A program made the position numbers and the translations under genes. A stretch of DNA of 64,000 bases, taken from assembly GCA_963796365.1 (NCBI GenBank), contig CAWCLJ010000004.1:1354519-1418518 (forward strand), read 5' to 3'. Position 1 is the stretch's first letter. Every line of letters starts with the position of its first letter. Of the stretch, positions 19,232-29,417 are shown piece after piece. The DNA comes from an uncultured Chloroflexia bacterium. GTDB taxonomy: Bacteria > Chloroflexota > Dehalococcoidia > Dehalococcoidales > RBG-16-60-22. The notes beneath the pieces were generated by a model that was given only the letters and a program-made list of their open reading frames with translations, ran no database searches and was not told where the DNA came from.

Positions 19232-20911
19232 TTAGTGTTTATCCATCCAGTAGTGGCTGAAGTAGAAGGTAAAGCCACCTTGCTGCAGGTAATCACAATG
19301 GAGCCAGGTCTGGCCTACAAAGGAGCCCGGAGCCAACCAGAGCGGGATGATAAAGTCGTTATTCGCCATCCATTCGGTGATCTTCACCATGGCGGCATCC
19401 TGGCCCGCCTGGTCAGGATAAGTACGCGCATCCTGGGACATCTGTAAAAGAGCCGGCGGCAAAGCATAGCTGGAGGCAGCCATGTGGGTCAAAGGCTCGT
19501 CGCCCAGGTTGTTCTGGAAGTTGCCCAGCATATCACCTTCACCGTAGCCGTATAGCAGCAGGTCATCCCAGCCGCTACCATACATCCCACCATAGTAACG
19601 GCCGGGGTCGGCAATATCGATATCAGTCGTGATGCCAGCCGCATCCCAGTATTGTTTGAGAGCGGTGCAGATATCCTCCGAACCGACAAGGGCGGTCAGT
19701 TTAACTTTTATGCCGTTGGGGAAGCCGGCATCGGCCAGCAGCTGTTTAGCCTTGGCAACATCATAAGGATGCCCCTGATAGTTCGGATCGTAACCCGCTC
19801 GGCCTGCAGGGGAAAGCATCGTTAAAGCAGTGTACTGGCCCTGCCCCAGCGCTTTGGCAATGGCGGGTTTATCCAGGGCATATTCCATGGCATTAAGTAT
19901 TCTGGGATCTTTATATTTATCGATTACGTTGTTGGGTAAAACGCACATGATAGTGCCCAAGCCCATTTGCCTGACAAGACCTTGATCGACAAGATGTATC
20001 TGGTCATTGACCGGGCCGCCAATCCACATATCAGCTTCTCCGGCCTGCATCATAGCAGATGCGGTAGTATTATCAGGGATGAAAATCCAATCAACTTCAT
20101 CGAGGTAGGGTTTGGGACCCCAATAGTTCGGGTTCCTCACGAGGACCAATTTGACATCGCGCTGGTATTCCTTGAGCATGAAAGGGCCGGTAGCGGAGAA
20201 ATTATTACGCGCCCAATCCGAAGCGTCACCGTTGGTGACAGCCTGGTCCCAGGCAGCTTTGGAATACATCGGCGGTGACCAAAGCCAGGACGCGATGAGC
20301 TGGTTGTTGTAAGCGCCTTTGTAGGTAATGACGACGGTCGTCTTGTCAACCGCTTGGATGCCTACCCACTGGTCGATATAGCCGATACGTTTGAAAGAAA
20401 TCTGGTTCTGATAGTTCCAGACGACGGTATCGGCATCAAAATCGGAACCGTCATGGCATTTAATACCGGGGTGAAGTTTAATCGTTATCGTTTTCGCGTT
20501 ATCATCCTGGACAACGGACTCGGCCAGCCAGGGTGCGAGCACCTGCTGATCGTTGTATTCCATTAATTTTTCAACACCGCCCAGCAGCACAAAGAGGTCG
20601 AAAGGCCCCTGGTCAACGGAGCCGCCGAGAACGGCCGGCGCGGCGTTATAAATGATTCTTAAAGTGCCGCCGGAAACGGGGAGGGGTGTGGTTGATGTTA
20701 TAATCGAGGTTAAAGTTGAGGCAGGTACGGTAGTAGTCGGGACTGATGAAGTGGTTGCTTGTGATGTCGTGGTTGCTTGTGATGTTGTGGTTGCTTGTGA
20801 TGTCGTGATTGCCGGTGCCGAGGTTGTGGTTGAGCTGGAACTGCCGCAGCCAGCAAACGCAATAGAGCCAACCATGAGGACCGTTAATAAAATGAAGAGT
20901 ATTTTTTTCAT
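19232..20911 (-). CDS. Family-5 (peptide/nickel) ABC substrate-binding lipoprotein with Thr/Ser-rich linker
   Basis: The start MKKILF...FAGC (lipobox) at 20911 is preferred over 20983. The TTSQA x3 linker is followed by an SBP_bac_5-like body. Confidence 0.85.
   Translation of the reverse strand: MKKILFILLTVLMVGSIAFAGCGSSSSTTTSAPAITTSQATTTSQATTTSQATTSSVPTTTVPASTLTSIITSTTPLPVSGGTLRIIYNAAPAVLGGSVDQGPFDLFVLLGGVEKLMEYNDQQVLAPWLAESVVQDDNAKTITIKLHPGIKCHDGSDFDADTVVWNYQNQISFKRIGYIDQWVGIQAVDKTTVVITYKGAYNNQLIASWLWSPPMYSKAAWDQAVTNGDASDWARNNFSATGPFMLKEYQRDVKLVLVRNPNYWGPKPYLDEVDWIFIPDNTTASAMMQAGEADMWIGGPVNDQIHLVDQGLVRQMGLGTIMCVLPNNVIDKYKDPRILNAMEYALDKPAIAKALGQGQYTALTMLSPAGRAGYDPNYQGHPYDVAKAKQLLADAGFPNGIKVKLTALVGSEDICTALKQYWDAAGITTDIDIADPGRYYGGMYGSGWDDLLLYGYGEGDMLGNFQNNLGDEPLTHMAASSYALPPALLQMSQDARTYPDQAGQDAAMVKITEWMANNDFIIPLWLAPGSFVGQTWLHCDYLQQGGFTFYFSHYWMDKH
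20751..20812. repeat. 18-bp tandem repeat x3.4 (gtggttgcttgtgatgtY)
   Basis: Perfect or near-perfect copies at 20751, 20769 and 20787. They encode the TTSQATTTSQATTTSQA linker of the SBP. Confidence 0.85.
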
Positions 20912-21222
20912 CGACGCTATTTGACCTCCACTTTTAATCCATGACAAATGATACTTTCTTTGTCTCATCTTACATAGACTCACCTCCCTGCATACTGGTG
21001 CGATAAAAAAGGAGCTAATTTAATCAGCTCTACCTTAGGTAAACACTAATCATAACGCCGTTAAAAACAGCGCTCAAAATTTTGTATATAATATACAAAA
21101 GATTCGGTGATGTCAAACGTGTTCCGTTATTGATAACTTTATAGGGAAAAGGGTATCAGGAATATGCAGGAAGTGAACAATAGGGGATTGTAAAAAAGGA
21201 TGGTTGAAAAGAGGTTATCTTA

Positions 21223-22089
21223 ATGGCAAATGCAGCAGCAAAGACAGGTGTAAACCCGATAGCGTTAATCGCGATAGAGCAATATTACCCGGAAAACCGG
21301 CGTGTCGTGAAGGACAACCTGGCATATCAGATGCTCCCGGGGACTTCCAGGATTTTCGTGCGCCTATTACGGCTGGCTTGGGTAAGAAACTGGATAATCC
21401 GGGCCTCGGAAAAAGTTTATCCCGGCATCTGGGGAGGTCTATTGTGCCGGAAGAAGTATATCGATGAAAAAATCATAGAATCCGCCGGACAAATCGATGT
21501 TGCAATTAACCTGGGCGCAGGATTCGATACCCGCGCTTACCGGTTAAGCGTTTTATCCAACCTGCCGGTATGGGAAATCGACCAGCCGGAAAACATCAAT
21601 TCCAAATTAGCCTGTCTAAATAAAGTGTACGGGGAAGTCCCTTCGCATGTTAAGCTCGTGGCAATTGATTTAGAACATGAAGACCTGGAAACGGCGCTGT
21701 TATCACACGGCTATTCACATCAAAAGAAGGCATTTTTTATCTGGGAAGCCGTGACACAATATCTGACAGAGTCCGGAGTCCGGGCAACTTTTAATTTCCT
21801 GGCGAAGGCAGCGCCCGGCAGTTTCATCGTTTTCACGTACGTACGGAAAGACTTCCTTGATGGGCGGAATAAATTTAATAATCAAAGGTTCTACAATAAT
21901 TTCGTAGCGAAAAAGATTTTTATTTTCGGTAAAGAGCCGGAAGAATGGCCGGGTTTCCTTAAAGAATATGGATGGGAAGTCATAGAAGACAAGGGTTTCG
22001 ATGAGCTGGCTGAAAAATACATCAGACCAACGGGAAGGAAATTGACGGCAACACCAATCGAGCGGATAGTTTTTGCAAAGAAGCTATAG
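21223..22089 (+). CDS. Class I SAM-dependent methyltransferase (LCMT / TIGR00027-like family)
   Basis: 288 aa. INLGAGFDTRAYRL, WEIDQPE and FIWEAVTQYL. Confidence 0.8.
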   Translation: MANAAAKTGVNPIALIAIEQYYPENRRVVKDNLAYQMLPGTSRIFVRLLRLAWVRNWIIRASEKVYPGIWGGLLCRKKYIDEKIIESAGQIDVAINLGAGFDTRAYRLSVLSNLPVWEIDQPENINSKLACLNKVYGEVPSHVKLVAIDLEHEDLETALLSHGYSHQKKAFFIWEAVTQYLTESGVRATFNFLAKAAPGSFIVFTYVRKDFLDGRNKFNNQRFYNNFVAKKIFIFGKEPEEWPGFLKEYGWEVIEDKGFDELAEKYIRPTGRKLTATPIERIVFAKKL

Positions 22090-23130
22090 TGACATATCTA
22101 CCAAAGCCCGTCCGATTTTACCGTTTTCCAGGTCGTCCAGGGCGGTATTAATGTCTTTTAGACTATATGTGTGTGTCAGCAGTTTATCCAGTTTTAACTC
22201 TCCGGAGAGATAATATTTAATATAGACAGGAATATCCCGGTCCGGCTGGGATTCGCCGCCCCACGACCCCGCGATGCATTTGCCGCGGATAAGGTCCATC
22301 GGGTCGATGAATATCTTCTCACCAAAAGGCAGGTTCCCGGCCAGGACGCAATAACCTCCGCCGTCTCTTACCGATTTGAAAGCCTGTTCCATCGTTTCTT
22401 TTCTGCCGGCGGACTCAATGGCAAAATCCACGCCTTTTTTTCCGGTCAGTGCGGCTATTGCCGCCAGCGGGTCCTGCTTGCGGGCATTGATGACATGGGT
22501 CGCGCCCAGGTTTTTAGCCTGCTCCAATTTACTATCGACGACATCAACGGCAATAATCATCCGGGCTTTTTTCAAAGCAGACGCCAGGATAGCGCTTAAG
22601 CCAATGCCCCCCGCCCCGAATATGGCAATGCTGCTGCCTTGGGGAGGATTTAAGGTGTTTAAAACAATGCCGGCACCGGTAGGAACGGCACATCCCAGCA
22701 GGGCGGCTTCGCGGAGGGGCATATTTTCCGGTATTTTAACGAGGCGGTTTTCAGAGATTACGGTACGGCGCATAAAAGCGCTGATAGCGCCGGAGTTCAC
22801 CGGGCCTTCAGGGCTGCGATAGACCGTCCCCGGAACATCCATACCGGCGCTCTTAATCCATGTCAGGACGACCCGGTCGCCGGGCTTGACCTTTTTTACG
22901 CCCTCGCTTACTGTGACAACCGTGCCGGAGCCTTCATGCCCCAGCGTGTGCGGCAGGAATTTATCTTCACCCTTAAGACCGCGGGCTTCATTGAGCTGGC
23001 TGTGGCAAACCCCGCTGAAAGCTACATCCACGATTACCTGTCCCGGTTTAAGCTCCGGTATTTCCAGTCCGGTAATGCGCAACGGTTTACCCAATGCATA
23101 AAGTACGGCAGCCCCGGTCTTGTCTGTCAC
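22084..23130 (-). CDS. Zinc-dependent alcohol dehydrogenase family oxidoreductase
   Basis: 348 aa. CHSQ...GHEGSGTV zinc site and GAGGIGLS Rossmann motif. Confidence 0.88.
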   Translation of the reverse strand: MTDKTGAAVLYALGKPLRITGLEIPELKPGQVIVDVAFSGVCHSQLNEARGLKGEDKFLPHTLGHEGSGTVVTVSEGVKKVKPGDRVVLTWIKSAGMDVPGTVYRSPEGPVNSGAISAFMRRTVISENRLVKIPENMPLREAALLGCAVPTGAGIVLNTLNPPQGSSIAIFGAGGIGLSAILASALKKARMIIAVDVVDSKLEQAKNLGATHVINARKQDPLAAIAALTGKKGVDFAIESAGRKETMEQAFKSVRDGGGYCVLAGNLPFGEKIFIDPMDLIRGKCIAGSWGGESQPDRDIPVYIKYYLSGELKLDKLLTHTYSLKDINTALDDLENGKIGRALVDMSL

Positions 23131-23298
23131 TTTTTTCTCCGTTTGCCGAGCATTATTTGATAGGACATGATACCAATAATCGAGAGGCTATCCGAAATTT
23201 TATTTTCAAAAATCATATCAATGCAGCGTTCCAGCGGTACCCAGACACGCCGGTCGGCCAAATGTTTTTCCATTTCCTGCGTCTTTTCCGCATAAAAT

Positions 23299-23820
23299 AT
23301 GTTGGTCGGGTTATTCCAGATATCCAGGCTTGGCAAAGACCTGCGCGCCCGTATCGCGGCGGAAGGCAAGCTACACGGAATATCCGGGATTGACTATTTT
23401 ACCTTCCCGAACGGTCTGTATCAAAATATTCCGCCGTTCGCGGTCGGGCGTACGTCATGGGATAACTGGTTTATATACCAGGCACGCGTGTTAAAAGCTC
23501 CGGTCATCGATGCGACCCGGGCAATTACGATTGTCCACCAGAACCATGATTATTCCCACAGCGCCGGAGGCGCGGCCGGAGTTTGGAAAGGCCCGGAAAG
23601 TGAACGGAACAAAGGGCTTTTAGGCGGCGCCGAACATGCTTTTTCCCTGGAATACGCCACCCATCTGCTTACTCCCGGCGGCGTAAAAATGGCACTAACA
23701 CCAAGAAGTCTCTATTTCCGGATAGAATCTCTTCCGATAATTTCCCCGCCCCTGCATTTTCTGTCTAAACCGATGAAAAGCCTCACCAAATTCCTGGTGA
23801 AAATCCGTCAGAAAAATTAA
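23299..23820 (+). pseudogene. Conserved hypothetical (glycosyltransferase-like) gene, apparently lacking its N-terminal half
   Basis: GKLHGISGIDYFTFPNG...PPFAVGRTSWDNW...VHQNHDYSH resembles, from memory, the C-terminal part of longer proteins. Only about 170 nt of unrelated sequence precede it. Confidence 0.35.
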
Positions 23821-23940
23821 ACACCCCACAAGATTAATCGCAAACTAACTTTTTACGCTGGAAAAGAAAAATGGTGGTGGGGTGGTGTTGGGCCTAACTA
23901 CTAACTACTCATTACTGGTGGGGTTGTGCGGTGTGGGGCA

Positions 23941-23963
23941 TTGGTAGGCCGTACAGGATTCGA
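23941..23963 (-). repeat. 23-bp copy of the tRNA-Lys 3' end (old att remnant)
   Basis: ttggtaggccgtacaggattcga is identical to 34837-34859. Confidence 0.7.
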
Positions 23964-24067
23964 TTACTCCCAGAGGGAGGAAAAAGGCCTGAGGGGTACC
24001 AGGGGTTCAATGGAGGGGAAGGCCTTAACCCGTGATGTGCACGATAATCTTTAAATAACCTGGGAAA

Positions 24068-24436
24068 CTACGCCAGCAGTTTCGCATAATACTTTTTCAG
24101 CGTTTCAGACATCTGCTGCTCGATGTACCGGTATATTTCAGCGTGAGCTTCAACGTTGTTAGCGCTTGCCTGAGGGATACGCGAGAAAAGAAGATTTACC
24201 ATTTTGTCAGTACCTAAAAGCGCATCAAGTTCTGATTTGAAACCGGCTTTCTTCCCATCGTAAAGCAGCGCGCAGCTTTCAGAGGATGGTTGTAAAGCGA
24301 AAGATGCCATTAGGAGAATAACTAATGCAGGTATAAGATTTCTGCGTGTGAAGCTTAGTCGAATATGTCTCCAGTCCAAAGGTTCATCATAGTATGATAT
24401 TCGGTATTCCTTCGAACCAGATAAGGATTCATCCAT
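24068..24436 (-). CDS. Hypothetical protein
   Basis: 122-aa ORF with one hydrophobic segment and no recognised motif. Confidence 0.4.
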   Translation of the reverse strand: MDESLSGSKEYRISYYDEPLDWRHIRLSFTRRNLIPALVILLMASFALQPSSESCALLYDGKKAGFKSELDALLGTDKMVNLLFSRIPQASANNVEAHAEIYRYIEQQMSETLKKYYAKLLA

Positions 24437-24545
24437 TTCAGTTTAAGAGAGGTTTCTGATGTTTGCTTCGCATGTTTTCTGATATCTTCTTTTAGTAATA
24501 CTGGAAAAGGAGGATAAAAAAAGCAGTTATAAGGAGGGGTTGGTC

Positions 24546-25373
24546 ATGCTTCGGAATGGGAAAAAGATATCCCAGGACGAAGGGAAAAATAAATCAGGAA
24601 TGGAGAATCCAATGTTTTATAAGGGTAAAGAACTAAACAATTTCAAGCTGAACGCAAAAGATGGTGAAATTGGAAGGGTAAAAGACGGCTACTTCGATGA
24701 TAGGTTCTGGACGATACGTTACCTTGTAGCCGATACGGGGACCTGGTTGAAAAACAGGAAGGTTTTGATATCACCTCTGGCGTTGCTCGATATAGACACA
24801 ACGTCGCGGAGAATCAACGTAGATTTGACCAAGAAACAAATCGAGAATAGTCCTTCCATAGATACCGATATGCCCGTTTCACGTCAGTATGAAACGGCCT
24901 ACTATGAATACTATGGCTGGCCGGGATACTGGTATGGCGATTATCCGTGGGGTGATTATTACTTCCTGCCTTCCAAATCAGAAAGACAATATATCGCCAG
25001 GGCGCGGGGGTGGGATCCTAACCTGCGCAGCACTCAAGAGGTTACAGGTTATTTCGTCGGTGCTATTGACGGGGAGATCGGGCATGTAAATGAATTTCTT
25101 ATTGAAGACAAGACCTGGGCAATACGATATGCCGTAATTGATACCGGAGAGTGGCTGCCCGGGGAAAAAGTAATCATCTCAACGGATTGGATTAAAAGCA
25201 TAAACTGGCCGAGCCACGAAATCTTCGTGGATATCCGCCGTGAAACCATCAAAAAAGCGCCCCCGTTTACCGGTGATACCGTCATCACGCGTTCATATGA
25301 AAATGATGTCTATAAACACTACGGCCTCGAGGGTTACTGGGTGAAAATGGACAAGGTAAAGATGAAGGTATAA
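24546..25373 (+). CDS. Tandem PRC-barrel domain protein
   Basis: Two GEIG(R/H)V...W.IRY.V.DTG.WL......ISP-type PRC-barrel signatures. AAGGAGG lies 7 nt upstream of the ATG at 24546. Confidence 0.75.
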   Translation: MLRNGKKISQDEGKNKSGMENPMFYKGKELNNFKLNAKDGEIGRVKDGYFDDRFWTIRYLVADTGTWLKNRKVLISPLALLDIDTTSRRINVDLTKKQIENSPSIDTDMPVSRQYETAYYEYYGWPGYWYGDYPWGDYYFLPSKSERQYIARARGWDPNLRSTQEVTGYFVGAIDGEIGHVNEFLIEDKTWAIRYAVIDTGEWLPGEKVIISTDWIKSINWPSHEIFVDIRRETIKKAPPFTGDTVITRSYENDVYKHYGLEGYWVKMDKVKMKV

Positions 25374-25518
25374 AGGTATAAAAGTCTATTCGGGAGTTTA
25401 CGGAGTTTTTCAAGCCCGGGGGTAATACCTTCCGGGCTTGATATTTTATCCAGGTCGACGGGAAACTAGTGGAATGTGCAAAGGGTGAAACAAGAGATGT
25501 TTTAAATGGGCAGGGTTT

Positions 25519-25561
25519 ATTGGTAGGCCGTACAGGATTCGAACCTGTGACCAATGGATTA
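25519..25561 (-). repeat. 43-bp direct repeat of the tRNA-Lys 3' part (distal att site of the island)
   Basis: attggtaggccgtacaggattcgaacctgtgaccaatggatta is identical to 34836-34878. Confidence 0.85.
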
Positions 25562-25583
25562 TGAGTGTTGGGATTCTTACTCA

Positions 25584-25850
25584 TTATCTAGCCTCAACCA
25601 ACCGTTTAGCATTTTTAATAATCTTAGCATTCTTAATTATGATGTTGGTATGGGCTTTAGCTTTTGGAATAGTAAGCCCCTGTTCTTTAAGTAGGGCGAT
25701 ATGTTCTTCCATGCCCCACTTTGCCTTGTAAAGACAATCCTCTATTGAATGTCCTACTCCGGTAAAGCCTTCAAGATCCGGTGAATAGAAGGTAAAAAAC
25801 GTGGGATCTTCTGTTGCTTCTATTATTAAAGAATATTTTAAATCTATCAT
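25584..25850 (-). CDS. hicB: HicB-family antitoxin
   Basis: 88 aa. YSLIIE...FYSPDLEGFTGVGHSIEDC pattern, located directly downstream of hicA. Confidence 0.75.
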   Translation of the reverse strand: MIDLKYSLIIEATEDPTFFTFYSPDLEGFTGVGHSIEDCLYKAKWGMEEHIALLKEQGLTIPKAKAHTNIIIKNAKIIKNAKRLVEAR

Positions 25851-25852
25851 CG

Positions 25853-26050
25853 TTATTTCTCCTTGAGTTTTAGGCCAGCCGCTTTTAATATGGCATTACA
25901 AGTTCCTGTGGGGATCTCCCTAGAACCATGATAATCAAGCCGGATCAATTTGTCTAGCCCTGATTTGCCGTAATAGCGGATTGATCCCTTTTCTCTTACG
26001 ATTTTGAATCCATTTCTTTCCAGGAGTCTTACTAATTCACTGAATTTCAT
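25853..26050 (-). CDS. hicA: HicA-family mRNA interferase toxin
   Basis: 65 aa. MKFSELVRLLERNGFKIVREKGS...H motif. Confidence 0.82.
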   Translation of the reverse strand: MKFSELVRLLERNGFKIVREKGSIRYYGKSGLDKLIRLDYHGSREIPTGTCNAILKAAGLKLKEK

Positions 26051-26360
26051 AACAAAAATCTAATCCATAAAATATATTATGTCTCGCCATACTTTATTTT
26101 TCTATTAAATATTAGCTTAAAATTCATATTTTATCGATATTTTATTAATTAAAGATGGAAAGTAAAATAAAGCTAATTGAACCTCATATCAAAGCTATTT
26201 AGCTTCAATTTCGTATTTTAAATATGTTATCCATAAAATATCAGATTTAAAATAAATAATCAAATCCAAAGATATATATAGAAACATCAGATATAGCTTT
26301 TCCGATTGGCGAGAAATAGAAGGGAGATGATAATTCTTTTATTCTTTACCGAGTTGATTT

Positions 26361-27131
26361 TTATTTAACTTCCTCGTAAAAACCATCTACATTCTGATAA
26401 GGATTCATGGTCTCTGTGTCGGTGCTCTCCACAAAAGTTTTAAACGTTCCAGTATCTACGAATACGGAAACGTGATTTATCGTATTATCACTTGTGGGGT
26501 TGTTTGAATCCATGTAAACAAATTCTATTTTCCATGTTGGAGACATTTCTCTAAGAATACTAGCCGTCAGGATGGCTAAATCCTTACAATCTCCTCCACC
26601 GAATAATAAAGTCTCAAAAGGTAGACGGGGAGTGAATGCTGTCGTTTCACTTGTATAAGGGCAAAGTTGAGTTACCATGTTCCAGACTTCTTTTATTCTA
26701 CTAGCATCATCTGGGTAATTTGAATTAATATCATCAGCTATAGGTTTAAAATTCTCCGGTTCAACATAAGGGATACAGTCAAGACAAGTGAATTGTCCAT
26801 TTATATTTACATGTTTACTCCCGTTGGTAAATCTTTGCGATATCGTGGTTAATCCCTCTTGATTCATTTCAGGAATGGTCATACCACGCATAATATTGCC
26901 TACCACTACAAACGATTCCAAGGTATCTTCATCAAGAGAAAAACCTTTGATTTGATTATCTAAATCGTTAAAAAACCATTGTGCTTGCCTGTTTTTCATT
27001 ATTATATATGGCGCGGTAATAGCGGAGGACAATTGGTTTTGCAAAGACTGCATTTGAGTACAACTTACACTTAAAACTGAAAGAATTAGAATAGCTAGAA
27101 TTGCGACAGCGCACTTAATAAACTTTTTCAT
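26361..27131 (-). CDS. Secreted lipoprotein with transglutaminase-like Cys protease core
   Basis: Signal peptide ending LSVSC. GGGDCKDLAILTASIL (Cys), later INHVSVFVD (His/Asp). Confidence 0.55.
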   Translation of the reverse strand: MKKFIKCAVAILAILILSVLSVSCTQMQSLQNQLSSAITAPYIIMKNRQAQWFFNDLDNQIKGFSLDEDTLESFVVVGNIMRGMTIPEMNQEGLTTISQRFTNGSKHVNINGQFTCLDCIPYVEPENFKPIADDINSNYPDDASRIKEVWNMVTQLCPYTSETTAFTPRLPFETLLFGGGDCKDLAILTASILREMSPTWKIEFVYMDSNNPTSDNTINHVSVFVDTGTFKTFVESTDTETMNPYQNVDGFYEEVK

Positions 27132-27340
27132 TGCATATCACCTTTCAACTGTAAACTGGCGATATATTTAATTATGTTTTTTTAGATATTGAACTCGAAA
27201 TAAAATATCAGCTTCAATTAATATTTTATTAGTCCTTATAGTCTATTATTAGTTAATATTGGTTACTATAGGTATTTTGTGCCTATTTTTTAACCTATTG
27301 GTACTATATTATCAATGATAAAAGGGGGAGATAGGCATTA

Positions 27341-27529
27341 ATGGGCAGAGAGAAACCGGAGGGCAATATTGAACGGATATTTTATAACTTCCGTGAAGCC
27401 CAGGAATTTCTTGGAGTTAGTCACCAAACAATATACAAGCTGATGAAAGATGGATTACCCTCGCATAAGATAAGAAAGAAAAGAGTATTTTTAAAGGAAG
27501 ATTTAGTAAAATGGATTAAAGAGCATTAG
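27341..27529 (+). CDS. Excisionase-family helix-turn-helix DNA-binding protein
   Basis: 62 aa. EAQEFLGVSHQTIYKLMKDG...FLKEDLVKWI. Confidence 0.7.
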   Translation: MGREKPEGNIERIFYNFREAQEFLGVSHQTIYKLMKDGLPSHKIRKKRVFLKEDLVKWIKEH

Positions 27530-27851
27530 AAGCTAGGCTTGATAGTCATAAACGTAAATCTTTCCTAGCACAGGTAGTTAATTTATTGAGGCATTTTTTT
27601 GCTTTTTCATAATTTCCTTCGAAAATAGCATACCAATCTTGTGGATCAGGTTTTTTTTCAGGTTCTTTCCAATATTCTTGGAGTACATCTGATGCTTCTT
27701 GCATTTCTCGGACTAAAACGGCCACCTTTTCGGAGCAAATCAGCCGGCCTTTCGGAGTAAAGTAGGCCACCCTTTCGGAGCAAATCGGCCACCCCCCATT
27801 GGAGCGGCGTCGGACAATACGATGGCATAGAATCACCGTTGGAGGTGATTC

Positions 27852-29402
27852 ATGGCCAACAGGAGATTGTCCGTGCGCAAGATCAAAGAGATTCTACGTT
27901 TAAAATTAGACTGCGGCATCAGCGAGCGGGAGATATCACGGAGCTGCCAGGTCTCCCGGAGCACGGTAGCCGATTATCTCAGAAGAGCAGCGGCCGCCAG
28001 GCTGAGTTGGCCGGAAGCGTCAGCCATGGCCGAGGCCCAGCTCGAAGAGCGCCTGTTTCCCACCGAGCACATACCAAGCTCGGTAAAACGTCCACCGCCG
28101 GACTGCGAGCACATTTACAATGAGTTACGTACCTACCGTAAATTCAACCTGACGCTCTCCCAGTTATGGCTGGAGTACAAAGAAAAACACCCGGACGGCT
28201 ACCAGTACACCCAGTTCTGCGAGCATTACTGGCGGTGGCGGAAAAAGCTCGATTACTGCATGCGCCAGGAGCATCGCGGCGGCGAAAAGCTCTTCATCGA
28301 CTACTCCGATGGACTGTCTATCGTCGACACGGTCACCGGCGAGTTTATTCTCACCCAGCTATTTGTCGCCGTCTGGGGAGCTTCCAACTACACCTATGCC
28401 GAAGCCACCCTGTCGCAAACGTTACCGAATTGGATCGGCTCTCACGGGCGGGCTTTCGAGTACTTTGGTTGTGTACCCCGGGTGCTGGTGCCGGATAATC
28501 TCAAGAGCGGCGTCAGCAAAGCCTGTAAGTACGAGCCTGAGTTAAATCCGACCTACGCAGACATGGCCGAGCACTACGGCTGCGCCGTGCTGCCGGCGCG
28601 TCCGCGGAAACCCAGGGACAAGGCGAAAGTCGAAAGCGGCGTGCTCATCGCCCAGAGGTGGATACTGGCGGTGTTACGCCACCGCACTTTCTACAGCCTC
28701 GTCGAGCTTAATGCCGCTATCCGCGAGTGCCTGGAGCGTCTTAATAGCCGTCCCCTGAAAAAGCTCAAGAAGTCACGCCGGGAGCTGTTTGAAACTATTG
28801 ACCGGCCCAATACTTTACCGCTACCACAGAGACCCTACGAATATGCCGAATGGTATAAGGCCAGGGTACAGCTCAATTACCACATCGAAGTAGACCATCA
28901 TTATTACAGCGTGCCTTACCAGCTTTTACATGAGAGACTGGACATCCGGTTAACCGCGGCGATTATCGAAGCTTTCCACAAGGGTGAGCGCGTCGCCGCC
29001 CATACCCGGTCCTATGCCAAAGGCGGCTACACCACGCTCCCGGAGCACATGCCGCCGTCACACCGCTACTACGCCGAGTGGAACCCGGCCCGGTTTATCC
29101 AGTGGGCGGGCAAGACCGGAGAGGCTACCGCCCGGCTGGTGGAAGCAGTCCTTGCCGGCCGCCCTTACCCGGAGCAGGGCTACAAGGCATGCCTGGGTAT
29201 CATTAACCTGACCCGTGATTACGAACCGGTGCGTGTCGAAGCGGCGGCGCGCCGGGCGCTCAAGTTTAAGACCTGCTCCTACCGGTCGCTGAAGGCCATC
29301 CTGTCCGCCGGGCTCGACCGCCAGCCGGATAACGGCGAGCAGCACAGCCTGCCGGGACTGCCGCCGCACCAGAATATCCGGGGACAGGAATATTACCAAT
29401 GA
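27852..29402 (+). CDS. istA: IS21 transposase IstA
   Basis: 516 aa with an N-terminal HTH (SRSTVADYLRR) and an rve/DDE core. Confidence 0.92.
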   Translation: MANRRLSVRKIKEILRLKLDCGISEREISRSCQVSRSTVADYLRRAAAARLSWPEASAMAEAQLEERLFPTEHIPSSVKRPPPDCEHIYNELRTYRKFNLTLSQLWLEYKEKHPDGYQYTQFCEHYWRWRKKLDYCMRQEHRGGEKLFIDYSDGLSIVDTVTGEFILTQLFVAVWGASNYTYAEATLSQTLPNWIGSHGRAFEYFGCVPRVLVPDNLKSGVSKACKYEPELNPTYADMAEHYGCAVLPARPRKPRDKAKVESGVLIAQRWILAVLRHRTFYSLVELNAAIRECLERLNSRPLKKLKKSRRELFETIDRPNTLPLPQRPYEYAEWYKARVQLNYHIEVDHHYYSVPYQLLHERLDIRLTAAIIEAFHKGERVAAHTRSYAKGGYTTLPEHMPPSHRYYAEWNPARFIQWAGKTGEATARLVEAVLAGRPYPEQGYKACLGIINLTRDYEPVRVEAAARRALKFKTCSYRSLKAILSAGLDRQPDNGEQHSLPGLPPHQNIRGQEYYQ

Positions 29403-29417
29403 AAGGAGTAACAAGCT

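Noticed and set aside
23127-23369. An 80-aa minus-strand ORF upstream of the ADH gene.
   Set aside because: It overlaps the ADH start region and the remnant of the truncated plus-strand gene, with no motif and no RBS. It is probably spurious, although a small leader peptide cannot be excluded.
25285-25584. A 99-aa ORF beginning MSKNPNTHNPLVTGSNPVRPTN.
   Set aside because: The VTGSNPVRPTN segment is the translated tRNA-Lys 3' fragment (att repeat), and the same peptide appears at the artefactual N-terminus of the integrase ORF. It is not a gene.
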